Shown here: in pieces, positions 25,505-38,060 of the stretch
Position numbering within the stretch: position 1 is the stretch's first letter
Layout: each line of letters opens with the position of its first letter
The notes under the pieces: generated by a model
The model's input: only the letters and a program-made list of their open reading frames with translations
Database searches by the model: none
Told to the model about the DNA's origin: nothing
Program-made: the position numbers and the translations under genes
Origin: Squalus acanthias
Lineage: Eukaryota
Reading direction: 5' to 3'
DNA length: 64,000 nucleotides
Assembly (NCBI GenBank): GCA_030390025.1
Contig: CM059433.1
Coordinates: forward strand, 65,348,001-65,412,000

Positions 25505-26466
25505 AATTGAGAGGAATAAACATCTTTATTGTAATAATTAGAAAAATATTATAACAGATATTATTCTGTAAATGTTTAATGGTAGTTAACCTTCATTACA
25601 ATCAGATATGTTGTTCAACATAAACGAGCAATATGTATAAAAGCATCACTTATGCAGTGCAATCCATGCCATACCTTTTTTCAGGGTTACCAATGTAGGA
25701 TATATTTACATGGTTAAACATTCATTCAATCCTGATTTCTCTTGGTATTTTTCAGACGCAAGAAAGACTGGCTGCCCGGCTTTTAGACGGACCCATCTGT
25801 CTAAGGATGCACCATAAAGGAGAGGGTGTGGGGGGGCTATCAACTACAAGTGAAGGGGATACTAGCCCCATATGACCACAGAGAAGGTCTTGGATGACAC
25901 TGTGGAGAAGGGATGCATTCTGGAGCAGTGTGATCAAAGCTTGCTGATTTTGCACTAGCGTTCTAAGCAGATTGATTAGGCTGACCCTCTCCTTTACCAA
26001 CTGCTTGTTCCTGCATGTTATGCAAGTGAAGCATATCAATGTGCATGTGATGTTCCCAGATCACATATTGGTATTGTCTTAGTGTATTGTCTGCTTCAAC
26101 GAACATACATGCTCCTCCACAAGTCTCGAGCAGATTGAGGAGAGGGGTATCAAAAGCTAAACTAACTCTGCCTCTTGTAGCGGACATGCCGCTCGTCTGC
26201 TGGTACAGAATCTCACACAGGGTTTGCCTAGTATCTGTGGTAATACTAGGCAAACCCTGTGGGAAGATCTGGCAACTGAGGACAAGCCCTCCTGTCACAC
26301 GGCAGCAGACTACGGGCTTCGCTTTATATGAGAATACTGTTCAGTGACCGCAGCAATGACTCCTCCTCACCAGTGGTCTCCTAGCACCTGGTGCTGATCA
26401 TTGCCCTTGAAATGTTACGCCTTCTCTAGTAGAATGCCGTGGGGTTGCCAACAAGTGACAACTCAC
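25505..26466 (-). other. Candidate 3'UTR terminal exon of trim54 (A)
   Basis: Acceptor tgtgtctttttgtcttcacAG at 26468-26467 and minus-strand AATAAA at 25530-25525. No transcript evidence. Confidence 0.35.
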
Positions 26467-27431
26467 CTGTGAAGACAAAAAGACACAATCTGTAAGCTAT
26501 AGTAAAATATACATACACTGGAACTAGAGACAATTACAGATAGCATTTGGAAGAGACTTAAAAAAGCAGATGAAGTGCAACAATAGACTATTGTACAAAG
26601 GATTTTGTGTTTGTAAATTATAAACCTTACAGTTTTTTATTGACATGTTATGTTTATTGATGTTATGTTTATGCACAGTTTGTTTCCACTACTTTTACTA
26701 TGCTGAAAGATTGCATGAAAGGATAAACTGCAATATAAACTTACCAGACATCTGGGATTGCAGGGTAAATACTCTGTCTCCTGGAATGATTTTGCCAATC
26801 TTTACATTCTTGTCCTTTGACCAAGTTAGACTTTAGTCGATGGCGTAGTACCTCAATGATGTCTTTTCAATCTCTGGACGTTGAACTCCAATGTTTTGTT
26901 TTTGCAAGCCTTTCAGATCACTCATTCTTTCTTGGCAATACTTTAGTGTTTGATGTAGTTTAGCCCTTTCTTTGGGCGTTGTGGGGATGCAGACATTGCA
27001 AAAACAGTACTATGATGTTGGCAAAATTGTTTGACAAGAATAAATAATTTTGGCTGGGTGAAACGTGGTCATCACGGTCTCCTTCTGGACTCCAGTTTGC
27101 TCAGTTACTGTGAGCAACACATGAGGTCATATTCATTTGCGCTGATCAGATTTAGTTTTCATGCATATTTATGTGATGATTGAATAATGGAAAATAACCT
27201 GTGGTTGGATATTTTAATTGAATAGTAAATTAATGTGCTGATTTGTAGGAATTGCAACCTTCACATATAACCAGGTAGGGCAGCTCATTAATGATACCAT
27301 TGAAGGGCTTTAATGCCAGTTGGATTATTACTCTTATGGCGCTTTATTGGCTCATTAAATGGTTTGTGCAGAAGACGATACCTAACACAGACCATAACTA
27401 GGTTGAACTAAGTTCTGACTTGTTGCCTCTT

Positions 27432-28130
27432 ACATAGGATTACATAGGATATACGGCACAGAACAGACCATTCGGCCCAACCAGTCCATGCCGGTGTTTA
27501 TGCTCCACTCGAACCTCCTCCCGTCTTTCCTCATCGAAATCTATCAGCATAACCCTCTATTCCCTTCTCCCTCATATGCTTGTTTAGCCTCCCCTTAAAT
27601 GCATCTATACTATTCGCCTCAACCACTCCCTGTGGTAGCGAGTTCCACATTCTCACCACTCAATGGATAAAAGAAGTTTCTTCTGAATTCCCGATCTGAT
27701 TTCTTGGTAACTATCTTATATTGATGGCCTCTAGTTTTGCTCTACCCCACAAGTGGAACAACACTCTTTCTATCTACTCTATCAAAATCTTTCATAATTT
27801 TAAAGACCTCTATTAGGTCACCCCTCAGCCTTCTCTTTTCAAGAGAAACAAGACCCAAACTGTTCATCCTTTTCTGATAGGTATAACTTCACATTTCTGG
27901 TATCATCCTTGTAAATATTCTTTGCACCCTCTCCAGTGCCTCTATATCCTTTTCATAATATGACAACTAGAATTGTACACAGTGCTCCAAGTGTGGTCTA
28001 ACCAAGATTTGATACAAATTTAGCATAACGTCTCTACTTTTCAATTCTATCCCTCTAGAAATAAACCCTAGTGCTTGGTTTGCTTTTTTTTTAATGGCCT
28101 TATTAACCTGCGTCACTACTTTTAGTGATT
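27432..28130 (-). mobile_element. CR1 3' fragment
   Basis: LYQILVRPHLEHCVQF; 3' hairpin and (TATGTAATCC)-type tail at 27432-27452. Confidence 0.85.
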
Positions 28131-28575
28131 TGTAGACTCTTATGTACACATTTAAAAAAATGATAAAGGGAATTTTTATTTTTTATTTTTTGTGAAGCCA
28201 AATGTAATTGTAGAAGTTTGGCATAAAATAAAAATGCTGGTACAGTTGAAAGTATAGATGCCTGGCTGGCATTCTTCCTGCAATCAATACCACATTAAAA
28301 AACAGGTCCTTCATCTCATTGCTCCATGTGGCACATTCACGTTGAAAAATGGCTTGTGCATCCACTTAGATAACAATAGTCACTGCACTTCAACGTAATT
28401 CATGTATGGAGTGCTTTGAAACATTTTGACCTGATAAAACAGTTTATAAAGGCAAGTGGCTTATATTTTATATTGGTACTGCAAAAGGTGAAGGTTTAAG
28501 AGATGGCGGTAGAGCACTAACCTCTCCACCTTTATGAACAGATTCAACTGTCAGCAACAACTAACATTTAAACTT

Positions 28576-29511
28576 TGTCCAAATGTAATATTTCCAAGTT
28601 TGCTGATGACATGAAACTAGGTGGGATTGTGAGTTGTGAGGAGGATGCAAAGAGGCTTCAAGGCGATTTAGACAAGTTGAGTGAGTGGGCAAATACATGG
28701 CAGATGCAGTATAACGTGGATAAATGTGAAGTTATCCACTTCGGAAGGAAAAACAGAAAGGCAGAGTATTATTTAAATGGAGATAGATTGGGAAATGTTG
28801 ATGTACAAAGGGACCTGGGTGTCCTTGTACACCAGTCACTGAAAGCAAACATGCAGGTGCAACAAGCACTTAGGAAGGCAAATGGTATGTTGGCCTTCAT
28901 TGCAAGATGATTTGAGTACAGGAGCAAGGATGTCTTACTATAGTTATACAGGGCCTTGGTGAGACCACACCTGGAGTACTGTGTGCAGTTTTGGTCTCCT
29001 TATCTAAGAAAGGATAAACTTGCCATAGAGGGAGTGCAGCGAAGGTTCACCAGACTGATTCCTGGGATGGCAGGACTGTCGTATGAGGAGAGATTGGGTC
29101 GACTAGGCCTGTATTCACTAGAGTTTAGAAGAATGAGAGGGGATCTCATTGAAACGTATAAAATTCTGACAGGGCTAGACAGACTGGATGCAGGGAGGAT
29201 GTTTCTCCTGGCTGGGGTGTCTAGAATGAGGGGTAGGACATTTAGGACTGAGATGAGGAGAAATTTCTTCACTCAGAGGGTGGTGAACCTAAGGAATTCT
29301 CTACCACAGAAGGCTGTGGAGGCCAAGTCACTGAATATATTTAAGGAGGAGATAGATTTCTAGACACAAAAGGCATCAAGGGGTATGAGGAGAGAGCAGG
29401 AATATGGTATTGAGATAGAGGATCAGCCATGACCATATTGAATGGCGGAGCAGGCTCGAAGGGTCGAATGGCCTACTCCTGCTTCTATTGTCTATGTCTA
29501 TATTTCTATGT
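28576..29511 (+). mobile_element. 5'-truncated CR1
   Basis: FADD...LVRPHLEYCVQFWSP; 3'UTR and TTCTATG-type tail. Confidence 0.9.
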
Positions 29512-30010
29512 CCTGAGTTTAAAAGTTCACACAAAAATGCTAAGTTGGGTCATCTCTAATTCAATTTTTTTTTTAAAGAATCAACAAGAATTGACTTTAC
29601 TCATTCCCAACTTTGGGAAGTGATCTCAGTTTAGTCAATATCCAGCACAGTAAGAGAAACTTCTAATTCTGCAGATCTGTTCATTTCAAAATTGTTGCAT
29701 TATGTTCTTCCACCATGAAAATAGGCCCTTGTGCATTGCTGATATATTCAGTGATGAAATATCAACCGAACAGTACACTGTTATATGCAGGGATTGGTCT
29801 GAATGGGCCATTGCAGATTTGTCTAAGAGGACTGCCTAGACAATACCGTCAAGGATTGAGATATTTGAAAATCCAACCAAAGTTGCTTCAATATATTGGA
29901 GGTCTCTGAGGCCCATAGTTGCAGCATTCTTCTTTTCTGGCTGGCTTTTAGCATCAGCAAAGGCCAAATTTAGTGGTTTGAACTAAAATTCACCTATTAC
30001 TCTTTCTATT

Positions 30011-30228
30011 CAGCAGCGGCGGTGCAGACCTAGGAGGAGCGGCAGAGTATAAAAGCTAGCCCGAGGAGCAGGTAGGCCCACAGCAGCGGCGGTGCGGACC
30101 TAGGAGGAGCGGCGGCGGCAGAGTATAAAGGCGAGCCCGAGGAGCAGGTAGGCCCACAGCAGCGGCGGTGCGGACCTAGGAGGAGCGGTGGCGGCAGAGT
30201 ATAAAGGCGAGTCCGAGGAGCAGGTAGG
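30011..30228 (+). repeat. Three tandem ~70-76-bp GC-rich monomers at the LINE 5' end
   Basis: Units start at 30011, 30081 and 30157 (CAGCAGCGGCGGTGC.GACCTAGGAGGAGCGG...GAGTATAAA...GAGGAGCAGGTAGG). Confidence 0.9.
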
Positions 30229-30494
30229 TTCACCAATCTCAGAGCGGGAGACAGAAGTAAAAAGTAATCGAAGCGTGACGTCACCAGAAAGCAGGTAAGT
30301 GATTGGTTGGTGAGTATTTCTCTCTTTCTCCTTTTTTCCATACTTAAATTCTGTGGTTTATAGTTTCTAGAGTCTCTGTGGTGTCGCGGGGACTGCTGTT
30401 AAACAAGGGCCCTTGAGTATATCATTTAATTGAAGTGAAATTGGTGAGATTCATTTAATTTAATTTTAATAATTAATTAATTAAAGGGTAAGTC

Positions 30495-31445
30495 ATGGCA
30501 GGAGAGCTCCGCCCCGTGATATGCTCCTCCTGCTATATGTGGGAAATCAGGGACGCTTCCTGTGTCCCTGACGACCATGTGTGTGGGAAGTGTATCCAGC
30601 TGCAGCTACTGATAGACCGCATTGCGGCGCTGGAGCTGCAGATGGATGCATATTGGAGCATTCGCAACGCTGAGAACGTCGTGGATAGCATGTTTAGCGA
30701 GTTGGTCACACCGCAGGTAAAGGGTGTACAGGCAGGAAGTGAATGGGTGACCACCAGGCAGAGTAAGAGGTGCAGGCAGGTAGTGCAGGGGTCCCCTGTG
30801 GCCATCCCCCTCTCAAACAGATATACCACTTTGGATACTGTTGGGGGGGATGACTTATCAGGGGAAGGCAGCAGCAGCCAACTTCCTGGCACCATGGGTG
30901 GCTCTGCTGCACAGGCTGGGAGGAAAAAGTGTGGAAGAGCTATAGTGATAGGGGACTCAATTGTAAGGGGAATAGATAGGCGTTTCTGCGGCCGCAAACG
31001 AGACTCCAGGATGGTGTGTTGCCTCCCTGGTGCAAGGGTCAAGGACGTCTCGGAGCGGCTACAGAACATTTTGGAGGGGGAGGGCGAACAGCCAGTTGTC
31101 GTGGTGCACATAGGCATCAACGATATAGGTAAAAAATGGGATGAGGTCCTAAAAGCAGAATATAGGGAGTTAGGAGGTAAATTAAAAAATAGGACCTCAA
31201 AGGTAGTAATCTCAGGATTGCTACCAGTGCCACGTGCTAGTCAGAGTAGAAATAGGAGGATATTTCAAATGAATACATGGCTAGAGGAATGGTGCAAGAG
31301 GGAGGGATTCAAATTCCTTGGACATTGGAACCGGTTCTGGGGGAGGTGGGACCAGTACAAACGGGATGGTCTGCACCTGGGCAGGGCCAGGACCGATGTC
31401 CTAGGGGGAGTGTTTGCTAGTGCTGTTGGGGAGGGTTTAAACTAA
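30495..31445 (+). CDS. CR1 ORF1p (316 aa): CxxC/CxxC zinc finger, coiled coil, SGNH esterase domain
   Basis: CSSC...CGKC, then SGNH blocks GDSIVRG, LPGA, HIGIND and DGLH. Open reading frame intact. Confidence 0.9.
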   Translation: MAGELRPVICSSCYMWEIRDASCVPDDHVCGKCIQLQLLIDRIAALELQMDAYWSIRNAENVVDSMFSELVTPQVKGVQAGSEWVTTRQSKRCRQVVQGSPVAIPLSNRYTTLDTVGGDDLSGEGSSSQLPGTMGGSAAQAGRKKCGRAIVIGDSIVRGIDRRFCGRKRDSRMVCCLPGARVKDVSERLQNILEGEGEQPVVVVHIGINDIGKKWDEVLKAEYRELGGKLKNRTSKVVISGLLPVPRASQSRNRRIFQMNTWLEEWCKREGFKFLGHWNRFWGRWDQYKRDGLHLGRARTDVLGGVFASAVGEGLN

Positions 31446-31599
31446 AGTGGCAGGGGGTTGGGAACCTGAGCAGGGAGACAGAGGAAAGGGAAACAAGGAT
31501 AAAAGCAAAAGACAGGAAGGAGAAAAACAAAAGTAGAAGGCAAAGAACTCAACGGTTTAAATCAAACATGGTCACAGTAAATAATAATTCATATAGGTC

Positions 31600-34427
31600 T
31601 GAGAGCGTTAAAAAAACAAGCCTGAAGGCGTTTGTCTTAATGCAAGGAGCATTCGGAACAAGGTGGATGAATTAGCTGCGCAAATAGAGGTAAATGAATA
31701 CGATTTGATTGGGATTACAGAAACATGGCTCCAGGGTGGCCAAGGCTGGGAACTCAACATCAGGGTTATTCAATATTTGGAAAGATAGGCAAAAAAGAAA
31801 GGGAGGTGGGGTAGCATTGCTGGTTAAAGAGGGGATTAACACAATTGAAAGGAAGGATATTAGCTCTGATGATGCAGAATCTGTATGGGTAGAACTGAGA
31901 AATAACAAGGGGCAAAAAACGTTAGTGGGAGTGGTATATAAACCTCCAAACAGTAAAAAGGGAGGTTGGGGACGGCATTAAAAGGGAAATTAGAGAAGCA
32001 TGCAGTAAGGGCACAGCAGTCATCATGGGTGACTTTAATTTACATATAGATTGGGCTAACCAAATTAGTAAAAATACTGTGGAGGAGGAATTCCTAGAAT
32101 GTTTACGGGATGGTTTTCTGGAACAATATGTCGAGGAACCAACCAGAGATCAGGCCATCTTAGACTGGGTATTATGTAACGAGAAAGGATTAATTAGCAA
32201 TCTTGTTGTACGAGGCCCCTTGGGTCAGAGTGATCATAATATGATAGAATTCTTCATTAGGATGGAGAGTGAAGTAGTTGAATCAGAGACTAGGGTCCTG
32301 AATTTAAATAAAGGAAACTACGATGGTATGAGGCGCGAATTGGGTAGGATTGATTGGGGAATGTCACTCAAAGGGTTGACGGTGGATAGGCAATGGCAAA
32401 CATTCAAAGACTGCATGGATGAACTACAGAATTTGTTCATCCCAGTGTGGCATAAGAATAAAACAAAAAGGGTGACTCAACCGTGGCTAACAAGGGAAAT
32501 TAGGGATAGCATAAGATCCAAGGAGAGGGCATATAAATTGGCCAGAAAAAGCGGTAACCCTGAGGATTGGGAGCAGTTTAGGATTCAACAAAGGAGGACA
32601 AAGGGATTAATTAAGAAGGGGAAAATAGAATATGAAAGTAAGCTTGCAGGGAACATAAAAACTGACTGTAAGAGCTTTTATAGATATGTGAAGAGAAAAA
32701 GATTAGTGAAATCAAGTGTAGGTCCCTTGCAGTCAGAAGCGGGGGAAGTTATAATGGGGAACAAAGAAATGGCAGCCCAATTAAATGCATATTTTGGTTC
32801 TGTCTTCACAAAGGAGGACACAAATAACCTCCCAGAGATGTTGGAGAACATACGGTCTGATGAAAGGGAGGAACTGAAAGAAATCAGTATTTGCAGGGAA
32901 CTGGTGTGAGGGAAATTGACGGGATTGAAGGCCGATAAATCCCCAGGGCCTGATAATCTACATCCTAGGGTACTTAAGGAAGTGGCCCTAGAAATAGTAG
33001 ATGCATTGCTGATCATCTTCCAACATTCGATGGAATCTGGAACTGTACCCATGGATTGGAGGGTAGCTAATGTTACCCCACTATTCAAAAAGGGTGGTAC
33101 AGAGAAAGCGGGGAATTACAGACCGGTAAGCCTGACATCGGTAGTGGGGAAAATGCTAGAGTCCCTTATAAAGGATGTAATAGCTGAGCACTTGAAAAAC
33201 AGTGACAGGATCGGACAAAGTCAACATGGATTTACAAAAGGTAAATCGTGCTTGACTAATCTACTGGAATTTTTTGAAGATGTAACTAGGAAAATAGATA
33301 AGGGAGAACCAGTAGATGTGGTGTATTTGGACTTTCAAAAGGCTTTCGATAAGGTCCCGCATAAGAGATTAGCGTGTAAAGTTAAGGCACATGGGATTGG
33401 GGGCAAGGTATTGACTTGGATAGAGAACTGGTTGGCGGACAGAAAGCAGAGAGTAGGAATTAATGGGTCTTTTTCCGAGTGGCAAGCAGTGACTAGTGGG
33501 GTACCGCAGGGATCGGTCCTTGGACCCCAGCTATTCACAATATACATTAATGATCTAGTTAAGGGAACTAAATGTAATATCTCCAAGTTTGCAGATGACA
33601 CAAAGCTGGGTGGGAGTGTGTGCAACGAGGAGGATACCGAGAAACTCAAGGATGATTTGGACAGGTTGGGTGAGTGGGCAGAAGCGTGGCAAATGCAATA
33701 TAATGTGGATAAATGCGAGGTTATCCACTTTGGTGTCAAAAACAGAAAGGCAGACTATTATCTGAATGGCAATAGATTGGGAGAAGGGGAAGTGCAACGA
33801 GACCTGGGTGTCCTTGTGCACCAGTCGCTGAAAGTAAGCATGCAGGTGCAGCAGGCGGTGAAGAAGGCAAATGGTATGTTGGCCTTCATAGCGAAAGGGT
33901 TTGAGTATAGGAACAGGGATGTCCTGCTGCAGTTGTACAGGGCCTTGGTGAGACCACACCTTGAGTACTGTGTGCAGTTTTGGTCGCCTTATCTGAGGAA
34001 GGATGTTCTTGCCATGGAAGGAGTTCAGCGAAGATTCACAAGGCTGATACCTGGGATGGCAGGAATGACATATGAGGAGAGATTGGGTCGATTGGGCTTA
34101 TACTCGCTGGAGTATAGAAGAATGAGAGGGGATCTCATCGAAACATATAAAATTCTGACAGGTCTGGACAAACTAGATGCAGGAAGAATGTTCCCGATGG
34201 TCGGAGAGTCCAGAACCAGGGGTCATAATCTAAGGATAACGGGTAAGCCATTTAGGACAGAAATGAGGAAGAATTTCTTCACCCAGAGAGTGGTGAACCT
34301 GTGGAATTCTCTACCACAGAAGGTAGTTGAGGCCAAGTCATTAAATATATTGAAGAATGAGTTAGATATATTTCTTAAAGCTAAAGGTATCAAGGGATAT
34401 GGGGAGAAGGCAGGTACAGGGTACTGA
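31600..34427 (+). pseudogene. CR1 ORF2 (endonuclease + reverse transcriptase), disrupted
   Basis: EN motifs NARSI, ITETW, MGDFN and SDHN. RT motifs GVPQGSVLGP and FADD (33588-33599). Frameshifts in EN (~31630, ~31770, ~31960) and in-frame TGA at 32907-32909. Confidence 0.9.
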
Positions 34428-34636
34428 GTTTGGATGATCAGCCATGATCTCATCGAATGGCGGAGCAGGCTCGAGGGGCCGAATGGCCTACTCCTGCTCC
34501 TATCTTCTATGTTTCTATGTTTCTATTTCAGAAAGCTGAACAAACAAGAATTCCTATTCAGCTAACTTACGTCATTTGATGTTAGAATTTCACATATCTT
34601 CCTTGGACGATTACAACCAGAACTTGATCAAGTACC

Positions 34637-34866
34637 TCATTTTACATCAGCTGATGAAGACTGACTTTCATCTGAAGCTCTGATTTCTAGTGCACCCTGT
34701 AGCCTGAGGTCTGATGATCGGAAATGAGATGAAGATAATGAAGATGAAGATTCAACTGCTTCTAGTTTTGATTGCTCACCATCAGTTATTTCTCCTTCTT
34801 CTTCAACCACTCCGCCTTCCTCTATCTCTTCTTCCTCTACCTCTTCCTCTTCTTCTCCCTGGCAAT
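34637..34866 (-). CDS. trim54: TRIM54 last coding exon: acidic tail plus Ser-rich extension (DCQGEEEEEVEEEEIEE...SADVK*)
   Basis: Strong acceptor tttctccttacttttattgtacAG. Phase 1 fits the previous exon. Glu-rich tail is typical of MuRFs. TGA at 34639-34637 is followed 1 nt later by a donor-like G|GTACTT. Confidence 0.8.
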
Positions 34867-35579
34867 CTGTACAATAAAAGTAAGGAGAAATCATTAGGAA
34901 CCTCTGACTTAATGTATGCATATCCTTAACATCAATTTACCGATCAGATGCCTAGGAGACTTATTAGTTCACTTGAGTCACAAGCCATTACCAGCTGCTA
35001 AGGTGCCTAACGTGAAATGTATTTACCAGACAGAAGCCAAACAAATCTGTCGGAAAATTAGAAAGCACTGATACAACATTCTGAAAAATTTCACTCAAAA
35101 AATATCGACTTGACATGCTTCCTGCAGTAACCCAACCATGGTAAAGCCACAGAAAATTTGGCAGGTGTCTTTAAATTTGGCAGAATTGGTGAACTTTTAA
35201 GTTATGTGGGTAGTGTTGTATTGATGGGACTCAACCACTGCCTGTACAAGTACACAAACCCAACGCACAGCAACAACAGTAAGCAGCCAGCCCTTTATTT
35301 ACATATGCACGGGGCCTAATGCCTTTTTCAGACATGGGCAATGCCCATTATATTGGGGTCTTAGGAGGCCGTTTAGCGCTTGACAAACCGGTGCTACATG
35401 ACTGAATTTCTAGGCCAGAGTTAGGTTAATTGGTGTTGCTCAGACTGGAGAAGTGTTGGAAGTCATGCAGCCCAGGGACAATGCTGGGTCCACTTATGTT
35501 CTCAGTACTGAGATATCTGGACCTGGGTAGAGAAAGAAAAAAGTATGACTTGTATTTATATAGTGCCTTTCACGACCTT

Positions 35580-37290
35580 TTTTTTTTATTCGTTTATGGG
35601 ATGTGGGCGTCGCTGGCAAGGCCAGCATTTATTGCCCATCCCTAATTGCCCTTGAGAAGGTGGTGGTGAGCTGCCTTCTTGAACCACTGCAGTCCGTATG
35701 GTGAAGGTACTCCCACAGTGCTGTTAGGGAGCGAGTTCCATCACACTCCTTACTTGTGACTTGTAGGTGGTGGAAAGGCTTTGGGGAGTCAGGAGGTGAG
35801 ACACTCACCGCAGAATACCTAGCCTCTGACCTGCTCTTGTTGCCACAGTATTTATGTGGCTGGTCCAGTTAAGTTTCTGGTCAATGGTGACCCCCAAGAT
35901 GTTGATGGTGGGGGATTCGGCGATGGCAATGCCATTGAATGTCAAGGGGCGGTGGTTAGACTCTCGCTTGTTGGAGATAGTCATTGCCTGGCACTTCTGT
36001 GGTGCGAATGTTACCTGCCACTTATCAGCCCAAGCCTGAACGTCGTCCAGGTCTTGTTGCATGCGGGCATGGACTGCTTCATTATCTGAGGAGTTGTGAA
36101 TGTCACTGAACACTGCCGTCATCAGCGAACATCCCCATTTCTGACCTTATGTTGGAGGGAAGGTCATTGATGAAGCAGCTGAAGATGGTTGGGCCTAGGA
36201 CACTGCCCTGAGGAACTCCTGCCGCGATGTCCTGGGGCTGTGATGATTGACCTACAACCATCTTCCTTTGTGCTAGGTATGACTCCAGCCAGTGGAGAGT
36301 TTTCCCCCTGATTCCCATTGACTTCAGTTTTACTCGGGCTCCTTGATGCCACACTCGGTCAAATGCTGCCTTGATGTCAAGGGCAGTCACTCTCATCTCA
36401 CTTCTGAAATTCAGCTCCTTTGTCCATGTTTGGACCAAGGCTGTTATGTGGTCGGGAGAAACATAGAAAAATAGGAGCAGGAATAGGCCATTCGGCCCTT
36501 CGAGCCTGCTCCGCCATTCAATATGATCATGGCTGATCCTCTATCTCAATACCATATTCCCGCTCTCTCCGCATACCCCTTGATGGGAGCTGAGTGGTCT
36601 TGGCGGAACCCAAACTGGGCATCAGTGAGCAGATTATTGGTGAGTAAGTGTCACTTGATAGCACTGTCGACGACACCTTCCATCACTTTACTGATGATTG
36701 AGAGTAGACTGATGGGGCGGTATTTGGCCGGGTTAGATTTGTCCTGCCTTTTGTGGACAGGACATACCTGGGCAGTTTTCCACATTGTCGGATAGATGCC
36801 AGTGTTGTAGCTGTACTGGAACAGCTTGGCTAGAGGCACGGCTAATTCTGGAGCACAAGAATTCAGCACGATAGCCAGGATGTTGTCGGGGCCCATATCC
36901 TTTGCTGTATCCAGTGCGCTCAACCGTTTCTTAATAACACATGGAGTGAATCGAATTGGCTGAAGATTGGCTTCTGTGATGGTGGGGACCTCAGGAGTTG
37001 GCCGATATGGATCATCCACTCGGCACTTCTGGCTGAAGATGGTTGCAAACACTTCAGCCTTGTCTTTTGCACCCACGTGCTGGGCTCCACCATCATTGAG
37101 GATCGGGCTATTCATGGAGCCTCCTCCTCCCGTTAGTTGTTTACTGGTTCACCACCATTCATGACTGGATGTGGCAGGACTGCAGAGCTTTGATCTGATC
37201 TGTTGATTGTGGGATCGCTTAGCCCCGTCTATAGCATGCTGCTTCCGCTTTTTAGCATGCATGTAGTCCTGTGTTGCAGCTTCCCCAGGA
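35580..37290 (-). mobile_element. Non-LTR retrotransposon of the CR1/L2 group (Crack/Daphne-like), degraded, with a nested CR1 3' end at ~36458-36583
   Basis: YRPISLLSIISKVME, ALDIKAAFDRVWH, GVPQGSVLGP and FADD. The same 3' end also occurs at ~2860-3250 and ~46730-46925. Confidence 0.85.
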
Positions 37291-37479
37291 CCATCAGAGA
37301 GGTGCATAGATTTATCGCGGTTCGGAGACATCCGCCCGTGAGGAGCCTCCGACCGCAAATTCAGGCCCAATATCTCATGCAAATATTTATTTAAAAAAAT
37401 CAAAACTTCACAGATTAACCAAAATGCACATGGGTTTTCGTTTATTTTATAGGAAAAATTCAGCTGCTATAATACAATA

Positions 37480-38060
37480 CTAACTTACACTTATAAAGAG
37501 CCTTCAATGTCGCAAAATATCCCATCGTGGTGACCTGAGGGGGAGAATTAATCACTGAGCAAGAATTGGGCGAAAAATTATGGAAGATGACAGAAAGCAA
37601 GGTTGAAGAGGTAAGTTCTGGGCAGGGTTTTGAAGGTGGTTAGAGGGGTAACCAAGGGAGGGGTTTTGGAACAAAAATTCCAGATAGCAGGGCCATAATG
37701 GCTGAAGGGAATGCATGGTAGGCCAGACTCAAAAGACTAGACGGTGGAAACTGGGATTATAGGACTGGAAGAAGTTGCAGAGCTCGGGTGGAGCGAGGCC
37801 ATGGAGAGATTTGTAACCATGGACAAAGATTTTTAAATCAATGTGTGAGGGAACAGGGAGCCAGTGGAGATAGGAGCGATAGGTGACTTGGACTTGGTAT
37901 GTGGATGTTGGAACTCTGGATGAGTTGGAGTTTGCATATGGCAGAGCTCGAGAGGTCAGGGAGGAGAGTTTTTGAGAACTTGTGCTGGACATGTCAAAGA
38001 CCTGGATAGAGTTTCAGCAGTGGGTGGAAGAGGTTTAGGAATAAAGGTGGGCAAAATTGT
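37480..38060 (-). mobile_element. Degraded L2 fragment
   Basis: LHWLPVPSHIDLKIFVHGYKSLHGLAPP motif. Confidence 0.7.

Larger units (their letters stand above)
30011..34526 (+). mobile_element. Nearly full-length CR1-clade LINE (~4.5 kb), antisense to trim54
   Basis: GC-rich tandem 5'UTR, ORF1, ORF2 with APE endonuclease and RT, 3'UTR hairpin and (TTTCTATG)n tail. Confidence 0.95.

Noticed and set aside
30011-30228. CRISPR-like or satellite array
   Set aside because: Eukaryotic DNA. The units are contiguous with no unique spacers and form the LINE 5'UTR.
30533-34453. Antisense ORFs over CR1 elements (also at 5269, 7100, 29000, 42442, 59571)
   Set aside because: Shadow frames of LINE ORFs that recur in every copy.
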